Source: a virus
Taxonomy: Duplodnaviria > Caudoviricetes
Length of the DNA stretch: 59,757 nt
IMG/VR virus record: IMGVR_UViG_3300027983_000018
Location: 1-59,757 of that record
Strand: one strand, 5' to 3'
Under the pieces are notes generated by a model. It was not told the DNA's origin and ran no database searches. It saw only the letters and a list, made by a program, of their open reading frames with translations. Both the position numbers and the translations under genes were made by a program. Position 1 is the stretch's first letter; each line of letters begins with the position of its first letter. Of this stretch, positions 29,301 through 41,500 are shown in pieces.

Positions 29301-29552
29301 AGTAGGTGTTCTTTTTAAATTAACCGGAGTTTCCCAAGTGTTTTCAACACCTAACATTTCAGCAACAGGATTTGTTTCGCTCTCTTCAAAAAAAACGTCT
29401 TCAGAAATTCCCAACTCACTAAGAGTTGGGAATATGTCAGTGTCATTAGTTTCCATGTACTCTGAGACAAGTGAAGCCAGTAAGTCTGGATGAAAATTAG
29501 TTTTTTTCTGTAACAATTTAAACTCTGCGTGTGATCTATTTATACATTTCAT
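23328..29552 (-). CDS. giant virion cargo (ejected) protein with a zincin-like domain
   Basis: 2074 aa; adjacent to the vRNAP; HEFAH (28788-28802) plus downstream EEA; hydrophobic C-terminal segment; N-terminal MKCIN. Confidence 0.8.
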   Translation of the reverse strand: MKCINRSHAEFKLLQKKTNFHPDLLASLVSEYMETNDTDIFPTLSELGISEDVFFEESETNPVAEMLGVENTWETPVNLKRTPTSDETLSIFLDNNALDFNEEELEKYNQVIKVVGETEALRDYLEYEKVIRSPELVLEKVLLLETESFENDLSQQNPFFDNDAADSAYNSENSTALELVGSVNEIVENNNKIIAIEAVIKLSKQLKVPYELMSRSEFETQFPGRGLVAGMFKEGKVYLIQDGLNKDTVFHEFAHAIIKSMSSDNPELFDKLYENLSLTPEGRTIIDSLKEGYAEYNLNGSNFKEEAIVHALTEAFKNNLDSKPGFFKELFFQIKQFLRKVLGKKINISNLSSATTLEELLSMINEGDAFNLNVDFLKGEDVEMFALMYDAQVAELKKISSDKTQAIVNEFYDVVTKMLGELTKENSSLSSLKEELSTDFNDSILQKMKKDLALISQNATNSTVSNLESDRFNTKVVNSSPEAIKDADNSLDLFDRKLRTFAKIMGQADALADHFSSTLAKMSTDDFNNDSEKIEKFYSIHVYVKNYVAFFNVKLADYFTNNNGGLLKEAFDKTNKKLTDLNTVLNNQVGDLVFESLYDHIIELNEPIETETRKELQTLYDKGLFQEYDNLYMDHYGFSLSEENEYNAFLKLNIETIKKNPEDLKRFRELELLMNSGRKITKEQVRLIAANVLSDSKSFMSYFSTAIKNQDLVISGFDSFLKKAFSTIGASQNKMTNEMMHGLQSILKGTKDSRIFGEEAFGRSIASIDTFGEVEKPNEKNTDKNKPVVFTPDVVVAREERVFKSNFKGFRFKLKELDNSISIAAKAFAADKTEPKQVILEDAIAAKYLFEAKYMNRDNIDSYYEADDLFYENNKLTDVGRSAKRKVTSIFEEINLYQNSFNEDPTDFTDAEEMNRLFYEYSQLSNIYDKNGVEKTGEDKEIALLLIKQKELNLNKHTYEYIPNKFELALTEYMTVLSEQFESTDSEEYLMAVDKWIERNTKIQVDPSYYEDRKKLTDERDLLLSNLLEKNIEKLEAENLISLKEGYEYLSANLSPTRNSDGMYDGTMMSKELQEEIKNKDIEIYKSKEKSIGSTGLTEEDNKKLINLENEESIRRLSKDDKDKLALLRLGIISGLNAYLKASEDLNKIKLINSQLQNNSFTSFTPIYKQTFLDILSKSPAAMEILLKNLKESDLNKYKDTVEIHYLSESFLKSILKNKTLVEKLKGESVEFQEWFGLNHFEKSEISRSASGNKRVIDVYSASSAWKFSGPTETNSYIAHSTPITFFSKGFVEDKSKRPRVPNMSYQEKKAIDSMINKEVLRDDISFNSKDEATINALANKDNKGRWLPKTEEQNGGDATYIDKSFMELLENDPAAFRALDYLKNIYLSEQDKLDISQRSYLTYPKERMGGVSRLYKGGPKAVLKRRVSKITRAFGFGFDEIDNLEEGLYAENKSIVSSSISERVTRPIHGLHHLDISETGTNILSLLADWNYSKEEFIRAREVNPFSQLLTETISSLSTDPKIKDFRDKMKDLNIFQKNVTPDLSKRLKFIRGLMDKHISGEQISYENKYFDKKYVTGALRIISTNQGIMATRSFIFNIKKSLTNYNGAKMMIYLKAFDKKLFSRTDLLKTRVLSARLMAMIVAKSYSRAALPALLQLSDVMDAIPDRIKNDRLAGSRSIIQDASISHIGFVDRKFFGNSASVHQFLAILHKNKISVNGKLIPLYDAVTLNDKGSLETVKGVPEDYQIKYIDGVASLGKGIKKLMAIHQDTLLKTIGASNDLHLPEFYRSTIARFTMFLIKFFPNMLTDKIKIGTVTTKGGLRITPRVNPITGRYEIGTYMGSIETILQLIRTRGQYVSPRNYLGALQVVALFLINKIHTAIIGSMKIYANVDGDDEDEDAYFNFDKDRDGIYNMLRYSTNALKAPSFFEAVDLEIDPTRTSTGGRSFDLENFLKVSFLDLGEMVANEMETFAPYTTEGKVPLLNSTYNMLIGKGVLQSSKPAVMEYIQAGMYLLDDKNPDSFYKQDSGPWSFQNEGSNKAWNIIMKAQFGLDGSFMDPVFGLENRISNKKRQ

Positions 29553-29553
29553 C

Positions 29554-32500
29554 TTAACAATTGTTTTTATCTTTTATCATGTTTTGTTGACGGTCTAAAG
29601 GTAAATCATTAAAATAAGATTCAGACATAGTTCCCCCTAAACTTTTGTATTCTGCAAATAAATCAGCAGAAACAGGTTCGCTTGATTGAGAATTGGTTAA
29701 TTCAATACCTATAGATTTTAACACTTTTCGTCCATTCTCTGACTTAGAATATTTTGTATTTATGTCATCAGCAAATTTTTCTAAAACTTGTTTTTGTGTA
29801 GAAGCACCTTCCGTATAAATAGTAAATACACCGCCTTTAGTATTTACTTCAATAAACCAGTTAAGAGCTGCTACATTGCCTTCCGAATTATAATGCTCCT
29901 TAGTCAAATACAATTCTACATTAGGAAATTCAGGGATTGTTATTTTGTAACCGGTTTTTGTTTGGTTCTCTTTTATGTAATTATTAAATAAAGTATATGT
30001 AATTTTTGTAGTTCCTTGTTTAAGCGCAGATACATTAATCGTTCCGGTTGCTTCAGTAGAAACAGGTTCGCTTGATTGAGAATTGGTTTCAGAAAATTCA
30101 GAAACATTTTCAGATTTAATATCCTCTAACATTTCTTTGTACAACAAAGCTTGCCTATCTATTGATGTATCAGGTACATTAGCCCTGTTTTCCCCTCTTG
30201 CAAGTTGATCTTTAATTCTTTGTTTAGCTAAAGCAGGATTTAATTCAAGTAACTTATATTCTACTTTAGTGTTTGGTGACGCAGAATTTATAGCACTTAT
30301 AAAATCTCTTCTTCTATCTTTTTGTAGGTTAGTCGAATCTATAACAACAGATTTACCACTTTTTAAAGCGGCTATAGCTCTTTCTTTTACAGCTTCATAA
30401 ATCTCTTTATCTTTAGATTTATCATCCATATTACCTGTAAATTCTACTCTCATTTCATCAGGTGAAATAACGGTATATTCATCTTTAGATAAAGTTTTAA
30501 TAAATGTACTTTTCCCACTACCGCTTATACCTATTGGTAATAGTATTGTTGCTTCAGTAGAGACAGGATTACTTGATTGAGAATTGGTTGAATTTGCAGT
30601 CCTAACTTCAAACTCTTTTGGTAAAACAATGTTCTCAGGAAGATTTTTATTTTCTAATAAAGATTTCATTTCTTGTTCAGTAAATCCAGCCATGTTAGTA
30701 CCAAATTTTGTAACAAGAAATTTTAATCCTGGATTATTATTAGCTTCTAAGATTAAAGCGTTAATAGATTGTTCTATTCTTGATGGAGGAACGCTTCGGG
30801 TTTTTCCTATTTTTAAAAATCCATTACTTATAGATGCAGCTTTTGTTACAATTCCAAAAGATTTCCCTTCTGTTCCTTGCATAAGTTTGTCTACAATTCC
30901 ATATTCAGACCATTTACCTTTAGTTCCTACAGGTAATGCTTTATACTCAGGAGTTACTGTTCCTCGTTGAGCTAATCCTGCTGTTCCACCTCCGTGTCCA
31001 CCTACTGTGTTTGCACCAAATACAAATACTTCGTTAGATTTTAAAGAAGTTATGTTTTCAGGTGTATATTCTCTTTCAGCACTACTTTGTTTAGTAGTAG
31101 TTGTTTGATTTGACTTGTTGTTTTCAGAATACTGAGGTTGTTTTTTACCAAAGGCTTCATATAAATCCAAATACCATTTTCCAGGCTTATAGTCAGCATA
31201 ATTTACAGTTTTCGTTTGATCGTATAATTTTTTACCATCTCTATCGTATTCATTGTATTGCATCCTAGCTGTTACAAAATTTCCTGTATTTTTAGGAGTA
31301 CTAAATTCAATGTAAATACCATGGTTACCTACCATAAGTCTTTCAAAAGTAGGTTCTTTTATTTTTAAAACTTGTTCGTTTTCTACTTTTAAAGTTGAAT
31401 TATCAGATTGAAGTTCTACTTTACCTAATTCCGGAAACGTATTTTGTAATTCATTTATGTAAACCGTTCTGATTTTATTATTAATGATTCCGATGTCTTC
31501 AGCGGATTTAGAATTAGCTAAATCTCTTATAAATGCTTGATACGTTTTAAGTCCTACATATCTCCAAAATTCACTAAACCAATAATAATTTGACTTGTTG
31601 TCTTTTTCGCTTGTCCCTTGGTATGTAGTTTTACCATTTGATGATTGTGCATTTCTTATGTATTGAGCAAGTACACTGTTAGTGTTTTTCATAAGGTACT
31701 GCTCTAAAAAAGAATCAGAAATAGAAATCCCTATGTCTATACCGCTTTTACTTAAAACGCTTGATGTTCCATCTTGTACATGTAAAACATTAATTAAATT
31801 TAAACGAAGCTTGTCATCTCCTTCAAGTTTTTTATTAATTTTATCAGAAACTATGTCGTAACCGTTAGATGCAATATCGGACTCATCCATGCCTTCAAAT
31901 AAGTTCATGTCATTAAGATACTTTTTTAATTCAATAAAAGGTCCGTTAGACAATCTAATGCCTTTCTTTGGTGAATAAAGAGGAGAAGTTTTTCCGTCGT
32001 AAGATTTAACTAACTCATAGTATTTTCCAATTTGAGCATAACGTATTATTTTCTTGTAACCTTCCTTAACTAAATAATCAATAGCTAATTTATCTATTCC
32101 ATTAGCTGTTCCAACATTAAAAGAAACTCCTTCTTTTATTGCTTTATCGATAACGGGAGCATACTTATTTGTAAAATCGGCAACTAATATTTGCTGGTAA
32201 GAAGTTTCAGTCTCTCCTCCTCTGGAAGATTTAAAGTTTCCTGCTCCAAAAATCCATACTGCATCTGAAGAAACAAATTGTTCATCAAAAGCAGAGCTGT
32301 TAATTTCCTTAATCTTACGAATGTAATTACGGGTAGAACTTTTATTTCCACTAAGGTATTCTGGTGCAGCTTTAGAAGGGAATGCGATTGCTTTATTGCT
32401 ATTGTTAGCCATAGTTTCGTCTTTAACCCAATTGTTTTTTTTCTTGTTAATAGCATCAGCAATAGACAACCCATCTTTTATTTTGAATAAAGGAACTGAT

Positions 32501-35500
32501 TGTAAAACAGGAGACGTTGAAGAATTGTCAACACCAAAGTATTTAAGAAGCAGTGCATTAAATGTTTTTTCATTTATTCCTGGACCGCTTGGTGGAATTA
32601 TTTTATCATCTTGAAATGCTATTTTTTTACCTAGCCATGACTTAAAAAGTTCCTCCAATGAATCAATCGTCATACCAGGCATTTCGTCAAAAAACACACC
32701 TGATTCAACTATAACAAAAAACTCATCTTCTTTAGTAGCATCGTTTAAGTTTTCATAAATGAAAATGTCACCTTCAGTCATTACTGTTTTTTTAATTGTA
32801 GAAGTTGTTACAAAAGCAAGAGGTACGTTTAACGTGTAGTCAGAACCTCTTGATCGTTGCTTATATTCCATTGGAGTAAGGTCATTAAACAGGTTAAAAT
32901 ACTGATCTAACAATCTACCATCTGCCTTATTAATTTTAATGCTTTCTGTTTCCATTTGTTTTTGAATATCAGCAAAAACTTTTAGTATTCTTTCTGAAGC
33001 AAATGTTTTTTGAATAACAGTTTCCATTCTGCTTTTAGTGTCCAACTTTCCTAAATAGTATTTTGATTTAGTATTTGAACCCGCCTGCATTGTTGAAATG
33101 TGAGAGAAATTATCTAATGAAAAAAACGAGTTAATGTCAGGATTACTGTTATTGGACAAGTCAATTAAATTTTCTAAGTACACAGCCATTATTCGTGGAT
33201 CAGTCGTGTCCTGTAAATAAAGATTACTCTTTTTAGAGTTGTCGTTTTTCCTTTCAGTATCTGAACGCAAATCTTCAACAAGAGAATAATGACTTAACTC
33301 GTCAGCATACCTTTCTTTAAGAGCTTTAAATCTTGCAGAAGTACCAATGTTTGAATCAAACATTACAGAAGGAGACTGAGTGTTGTAAGCAGCAACTAAC
33401 TTTGGTATAGCATCAATGTGGTATCTATCAAAGAACCAATGTTTTTCTCGTATTTCTTTTTCTGATACTCCAACAAACGATTCTTTAACATTTCTTAATT
33501 CAATCAAGTATTTAACATACTCTGTCATTTGACCATCTTTGTAAAGATTGTTGATAGTTCTGTCTAGAAACATATCATGCCTTAATTTATTTACATTGTA
33601 AGTTACTTCTCCATTTACTTCGTTTACTTTAATTGCTTCCTTTTGAGTTTTGTTTTCTGTTAGCTTGTAAACAACAGGAGAACCGTTAGCTAACTGAGTA
33701 GAATAACTTACTGGACTGTACATAGCATTTTGATACAAGAACAACGAGAAGTCATTTTTAAATGCGTTAATCATCACGTTTTTAAATACACCTTTTTTAA
33801 CCTTTAGAGACAACGCTTTTTTATTTAAAATTTCGTGGTTTCTTATTTTGAAAAAACGAGTAAATAAATTAATGATAAAGTCTTTGTCTTTAAACAATCC
33901 AATTGGTGTACTTTCAAAACCTTTCTCCCAAGACAAAGGTATAGCAGAAGGCTTACTAAACAGACTTTCTAATTGTTTTTTGTTTTGTTCAGCATCTGTA
34001 ATGTTTGCAATTTTCTTAGTGTCAAACTTATTTGCTTGCTGAAATTCAGTAAGATCTTTTGTTATTAATTCTATGTTTAAGTACTGAGCAAGTAATCTTA
34101 AATCTTCTGAATTAGGAGCTTCTCCAACACGATCCAATAATTGTTTTTCTGTATAAACTTCAGTTTCATTCAAGTTGTTTATTGAACTAAAACTAAGATT
34201 ATCGTATCCAGATGATTTTATTAAATCGGAGTATCTTCTAGCAAGTTCGTCTTGAGCTAATTGATTTACTTTAAAAGAAGTTTCAGAATCAATTATCGGA
34301 TTAGTTCCAGGGTCATTGGAAATATTCGAATAAACACCAAGCATTTCTTTTTTGATTTGATTGTACTCAATAACTAAAGGATTAGAAGATAAGTAAATCG
34401 CATCGCTTACAGGAACACCAGCCATAACCATAAACAACAAGTTAGGAGTATTTTCCTTGTTTCCTTGAACATTAAAAATCCAAGCTTTTTTAGCAACATC
34501 CAAGTAACCATTTATAAGTTGAGAAATCGTATCTGCAATTAACGCAGGTGCTTTATCACTTGAGTATCTTTTACCAATTGTAATTCTTTTATTGTCTCCT
34601 TCTCCTACAGAGTTGTGAGATAGCTTCAATGTCATTGACTTAAACGTGTGAAATATATCCAATGATTTATTTTTCTTATCAGCCTTATTGAATTTTGTTA
34701 AGTCATCAATTGAAGGTGGATTTAAGTTTCCTCCAAACGCAGTAAATGTAGCATAGAAAGTTGAAGTAACCGCAGCAATACCTAAAGCTTCCATTGCTAC
34801 AGAATTTTCTTGATGTTTTTGTAAGTTGTACAAGTAATCAAAAATAGAAGTACCGGAAATTACGCTGTTACTTGTTTGAGTATCCTCAAATTTTTCGTAC
34901 TTGTTGTAATCCCGTTTAACCTTTGCTTCCATGTCATTTGCAATTGGAAGAACTCGGTCTGTTGTATTTGGTGTAACTAAATCAACAAAGTTTTCTGGAG
35001 ATGAAATCTTAGAAATCATTGTTGCTAAAATATCATTCTCCACTCCTTTCGTAGTGTATCCAAGAGAAGCTCGTTCTAACTCAGCTCCTTTGTTTTCTTT
35101 TTGTAATTTAATCTGTAGTCTTACCGCTTTTTTTGCTTCTTTGTTTTTAATGAAAAATTCTTTAAGTTCACTTTTCATAGAACCCGTTGCTTCAAAAATC
35201 AAATCCTCCAACTTTCGATTGTTCTCCTCAAGTTGAGTGTATAAAGAATTTATTTGATTTTCAAGTATTTCTACAATTTCGTGAACCCTTGTGTTGTTTA
35301 ATTTCTGACCTCCAAAAAATCCAGTAACAATTACTGATCCTTTTGTTTTTTTGAAATCGGATATTTGATCAAAAACTTCTCTGGAAGCATTGTACAAAAA
35401 CGAATATTCTTCTGAAGAAAAAGCATCTTTTTGCTCATCATATTTTTTTGCAGACTCGTCATTTAACCTCTCGATTTCTTCATACAACGGTTTCAGAACA

Positions 35501-38500
35501 GTCAGCTCAAATTCCTCAACTTTTTGTTTTGCGTCAGCTGTTCCATTAGTGTCGTAACCAACATACTTAATCATCTCAGGTTTACCATTTACAAAACCAA
35601 AGTTAGGGTACATGAAAAACAACTTGTCAATATCGTAATCTGCTCCAGACTTAGCCACAATTTCTGATGGCAAAATTACTTTAGTTCCAGCGTACTTAGG
35701 TAAAAACTCCGCAACTATTACAGCATCAAGAGCATTCGGCCCTTGTGTTGGAATACGAACACCAGCGAATGTAATAAAGCTTCGGTTAGTTTTATTCCAC
35801 TCAGGGTTTTTAATTGATTCATTCAACCTTTTTAAAGATTCATCATAATCCAATTCTTTTTTAATTTTTCCGTCTACTTCAATTTTAGTATAAGCTGCAA
35901 TCTTTTCCCCACCTGTATGATAATCTAAATGAAACAGTTTTTCAAAGTCTCCTTGAAGTGCAATTTTAACTTCCATAAAAGAAGGAGACCCGTCTAATGT
36001 TTTTCGATAAAACTTTAATTCGTTTGTTGCATCAAACTCTAAGTCATTATCCTCATACATTGTACCAGAAGCCTGAACTAATGCTTCACCATTAACTTTA
36101 AGTTTACGAAGTTTGTTGTCAACCAGAGTAACTAAAATGGATTCTAATTTCTCTGCATTTAATGAATAAGAAAGATCTCTTAGATTTCCTGTTTCGCTAT
36201 TAACAATTGCTTCAATTTCGTGAGGCAAGAAATCACTTTTTGCTAATTCTTTTTGTAAAAACTTAATTATGTTTTCTTGGTTTCCTTCGTATTCTCCAGT
36301 AACATTATTAAACTGCATACCTAAATCGGCAAGGATGTCTTGTTTAAAATGCTCTCTAAGCTGAGTCATTGAACTGTTGTAATCTTTGTACCAACTATAG
36401 TTTTTAGATTCCTTAACTTTTTGTTTTTCATCTAAGCTATCCCAATCAAGAGTGCCTTTATAATCAGTAGGTACTCCGTTGTCAGCAATACCGTGAAGAA
36501 TCATTTTCCTCATTTGTGTAGCCAAGGTAACTTTACCTTTAAATCCTTCTGCTAAGTAAACTTGATTTTTTAAATGCTTTACTGAGATAATGTTTTTAAC
36601 AAATTCCAAACCAGTATTTACCTTTCTGTTTTCGTCATAAAATACATCTGATTTTTTAACCAACTTGTCTGCTTCTTTATCATAGGCAACTTCGCTTAAC
36701 GTAGAAAGTTTAGAACCAGATTGCATTGTAACATAATCAAGACCTTGTTCCATCATGCTATTATGCAAGCTTTCTAATTTCTTGTTTTTAATTAATGCAG
36801 GAATAAGTGGCATTAATGAATACTTGTGGAACGCTGTAAAAGCAGATCCAGGTTGTAAATTTTTATCTGTTGTTACAGGTCCAAAATACTGAAACTTTTT
36901 TATTGGAAAAGTTGTCTTGTATTTATTTGAAGAAATTTTTTCGCCCTTCAACATTTTTTGATACAAGTCTTCCTGACCTTCCGACCATTCATCGCAAGAT
37001 ATGTTCAACAATCTGTATGAGTCAAAAGAGATCCAGCCTTGACCATCCGCTTCCTCCATGTTTTTATAGGTGGACGCAACTTCAGTTCCCATCAGTTCCT
37101 CCATCTCATCAATGTACTTAGCTGAATGAATCGATTCTGAAATAACTCCTGTATTCAACATACCATTGTATGCGTAATCCAAATCAATTCCTTTTGATTT
37201 ATTGTGAGCTTTTGCAAAAGCTCTGTTGTTAAACAAACCTTGGTTATTAACAAACTTTAAAAAAGCATCGTCAGATACAAAAATCTTACCTGTAGAGATC
37301 ATACCAGCATTACGCTTGTGGTAATCTTCTTTCCCAATGTTAAACAATACAGGATCTCCTAAAAACAAAGAAGAGTAGTTCATGTTTTGCAAGAAGTTAT
37401 TTGTGATATGACTTCTGAAAAGACGCTCCATTGTTTCATTTCGGTTGACTTTTTTATTTTCATCTTTGACTTCAAACTTACTCATGATGTTGTCAGGCAT
37501 TTCAACATCTTGCTTAATCTTTAAAAGTTCAGCTGATCTTTTACCAAAATAAGAAACTAAATCTTTTTCTATTTTTTTCTCCAATGCTCTACTTACTGCA
37601 GAATTAATACTGAAACTTTGTAGTTCATTTCCTTTTGCTAAATAGTCAGAGTAAGATTTTAAAAGAGCCTTTTTGTTTTCGTCGCTTATTATGTTAGAAA
37701 AAGAAGACCATTCTTGACCACGTTCTAAAAAGTTAAAATCATAAACATGTTTCTCATCTGGATTATCTTTTATGTATTGGGCTACTTGTTTAAGTCTTAA
37801 AATTCTAATTATTTCCGCCTCGATGTGACCTGAAAAGTCTCCGTATAACATAACTCCGTCATAGTCTTCAGAAAACACCTTGTCTATGGTTTCAATGTCA
37901 AACGCAAGCTTCCCTGTTTTACCACCAATTAAACTTCCAGACTCTGTAGTCTGACTTGCATAAACTGCAAGAGAAGAAGACTTAGCTTCAGACCTTGGTA
38001 TTTCTTGCATACCGTAATCTGTCAATAAAACATCTGTAATGAATTTAGTTTTTTCATCTGATCCAATTGATGAAACTCCTTTATCCACAGTTGTAGTTTG
38101 AGGATTCTCTCCGTTCTTTGTAATTTCCGTGTGAACAACTTTAGAACCAGAAATGTTTTCAATGTAAATCTTAATACCTGTATTTCTTACACCGTGAGTT
38201 GAAGAGGTTACAGGAGAATCTAAATTAAACATTGAAACAATCCACTTGTTTGCAGCTATCTGAGGATTCGATCTAAAATCAAACTTTTCCATTCCTGGAA
38301 TAGAAAGTAATTCGTCATAAGATTGAGCCGCATTAAGTGCTTGTATTTCAATTGTTAAAGAAGAGTTCAAAGACTTCTCACTTGCCATTTCTCCATAAGC
38401 CGTTCTACTCATAAAACTTGAGTTGTCGTTTGAATACTTTTGATGAAGCTTAGCTACAGTAGAAAGAAATCCAATTTTACCTTGAAACTTTACAGGAGGA

Positions 38501-41500
38501 GAGCCTACAGAATAATCTTTAAATAATTGGTCTAACGAGCGATACTTTGATTCTGGCTGATCAATCGATCTTTGTTCTAAGAACTCAGAAAAATAAGAAA
38601 AACTACTAGCCTTTAACTCAAGAGAAGGGTCGCCATACCAGAAACTATCTTTAACAACGGGATCATTTACTAGATCTATACCAACAGCTCTTAGAAAAGC
38701 AACAGGGTCAGCTTCACTTTTTGTGCTAGTTGGGTTTTTAGAGTAAAGTTTCTTTTGGTCAGGACTTAAAGAATTGTACTCTAATATTGTTACATAACCA
38801 ACACCATTAGTTAAATCATGTACCTTTAAGTTTGGTTGAAATTCTAAAATGAATTTTTGCAAATCAAAGTAAGCAGCTCCTGGTGTAACTACTCCATCTC
38901 TTTCAATCATATCACTTGAAGAATAAGGACCTGTTTCCATTTTTCCAATAAACGAATCTTTCCAATCATTTATAACAAAAGCATAACTTTTATTAATATC
39001 TCCAGAGTAAGATTGAGTTGTTGCAGAAGACTTGTCAAAAGCACCTCCTTGGTCAATAGTTGTAGTCTTTTCAATAACCTGTGCTCTTAACATAACATCC
39101 GCTTTGTTAAAAGTTTGCCAAAAAGAAATCCACTGTTTAACTTCACTAACAGTAGCATTTGACAAAGGGTCGCCTAATTTATACAACATTTGATTAAGCT
39201 CTTTGTCTGTTTTTCCAGCTTCAACTAATCGAGCGTACATTACTTGTCGGTCATTTGTATTAGCAAGAAGCTTTGCAACTTTAGCAAACATTGTTTTGAA
39301 AGGAACTAATTTCTGTACGTTTAACGCGTTCATGTTAGATACACCCTTACCGTTTGAACCATAAGAACGAACACTGCTTAATAGCATTTTAGTATGCTCA
39401 TCGGCTAAATCTAGTATAGCTGACTCATTCCCAGAACGATCAAAAATCAAACGAACATTGTCTCCTGAATCAGATTCAGCAAGCTGTTCGTCAATTGAAT
39501 CTTCCGCAGTATCTGTAACTTGAAGTCCACTATAAGAATTAAAAAACAAAGACGAAATGTCTTGATACGTATCTTGAGTAGTGTACGTATTGTCGTTGTT
39601 AAAATCTCCAAAATTGTCAATTATTTTTGTTACAGTTTCAAAAATAAATTTGCTTTTTAAATCAGTTTTGTCATTTAAAAATTTACTTTCAGCAATAACT
39701 TTTTGTTGAACAAAAGAATTTTTCATAAAAAGAAAAGCATTCTTTAATAATACAGGGTGTGTCTTAAAACGAAAAGTACCGTATCCATTAAAAATACTAA
39801 GATTGTCTTTCTTAAATTGTTCAATTTCTTTTTCCAGTGCTGCATATTGAGCCGCCTGTTTAATTGGATCCATACCTGCCAACGTAATAACTCTCATAAA
39901 TTGAGCTCTATCTGGAATTTGTCCTTCCGGAACAATAGCTACAGAATTAACACCAGAGTCAATGTAATTAGAAAGAAAAGACTGCATAGATTCCATAGCT
40001 AAATGAACTTCCTCTAAAGAAAATTCAAGTTGCGTTGTCCCATCTTCATTGATTTTTTTAATTTCAGATGAGTTATACATTGCGCTTAAATTCCTGTTGT
40101 CAAAAGAAGACGATTTTAGGTCTCCTTTATAAAGAGCAGAAAATAAAGCATTGGTCATACCGTTAGTTCTGTTTAAAGCTATTGCCTCTGCAAAAGTGCT
40201 GTTACCAAAGAAAGACTTTAATAAGTTTAACATCTTCTCAAAAAATTCTTTTACTTTTCCTTTTTGAGAAGTAACTCCTTTAACTGCAAATTTTTTAAAT
40301 TCTTCAGCTAAATATTCTTCAAGTTGTAATTCTGTTGCCAAAGAAAAAGAAACACTTGTTTCTTTACCGTAAACAGTAACTGTGAAATAACCAGGCTTCG
40401 TTCTTAAAGTGTCATACATTTCTTTTTGTTGTTCACGACTTAAAACCCCCATAGAAAAAGCATGGAACGCTTCGTGATAAATGTCTGTCTTATCGGAACC
40501 GTGATAAAGAGTAATCATATTATCAACAAACTCAGCAACAAACTGAGGACCTAATGCATGAATTTCATCTGTTAAATGAAGTCTTATTAGTTTTGATAGG
40601 GGGTGATTTTCAAACCAACTTTCTGCATCCTTCTCTTGTTTTTCAGTAACACGAGCTTGATTTTTCTTAGATGTTGACTGAAAAAAAGTATCGGCATTAT
40701 TTGATCCTAGTATAGTTTCTTCTTTAACTTCTTCTTCTGTTTTTTCTGTAATTTTTTCAAAAGAACTTGGTTTAAAAGATAAGTAAGGAGGAACCGATTT
40801 AAGCTCTTTGTTTTTCATACGAATACGAACATTACCGTTTGCAATAACATGTTCTTTAAACTTGCTCTTTTTCATCTCAAAAACTCCATCTTTAAAAGAT
40901 TGGAGAACTGTAACATTTGAATCTAAAGTCGTTGTTTCTTCTTGGTTAAAATTGATTAACGAAAATTGTTTTCTGTAATAAACACCATCCTTAACATATA
41001 CTTGGTTGTTTTCTGTTGCGTTTTGTTCTGAACCAATATCAGTAATATCTAAGTAATTTAAGGCTTTGTCATATTGGATAGAAACTCCCTCGTAAACATA
41101 GTTGCGAAATGCTGTTGTTATTTCAGCTTTATTTGTGTCATTTATTTCAAAACTTGAACCTGCAATTGTAATAGACTTTTCGTTTTTTGAAAAAATAACT
41201 CCTGTTAAATTCGCTCTAACAATAGTTTTAAAAATATTTTTTCTACTTGCTTTCTTCCAAAAAACATCTCCTGTTTTAACTTTGATTTCTCCTTCAAAAA
41301 ATATAAGAGCCAGCAACGCTTCAAATTGATCTTGCGTAATTTTATTTAACGCATTTTCAGAAATATTAACAGGTGTGCTACCACCCTCTGGTATTATGTT
41401 TACTCTTTTTGATTTTTTAGTCATAGAGATTGTTAACTCTAATACATCTAAGTTTTTAATTTCTGAAATAGGAACTACTTCATTTATGTTCATTGACAAT

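Noticed and set aside
29668-30589. Repeats as a CRISPR array or DGR TR/VR pair
   Set aside because: Spacing of 350-460 bp, in-frame coding, no adenine-specific mismatch pattern, and no cas or reverse transcriptase genes.
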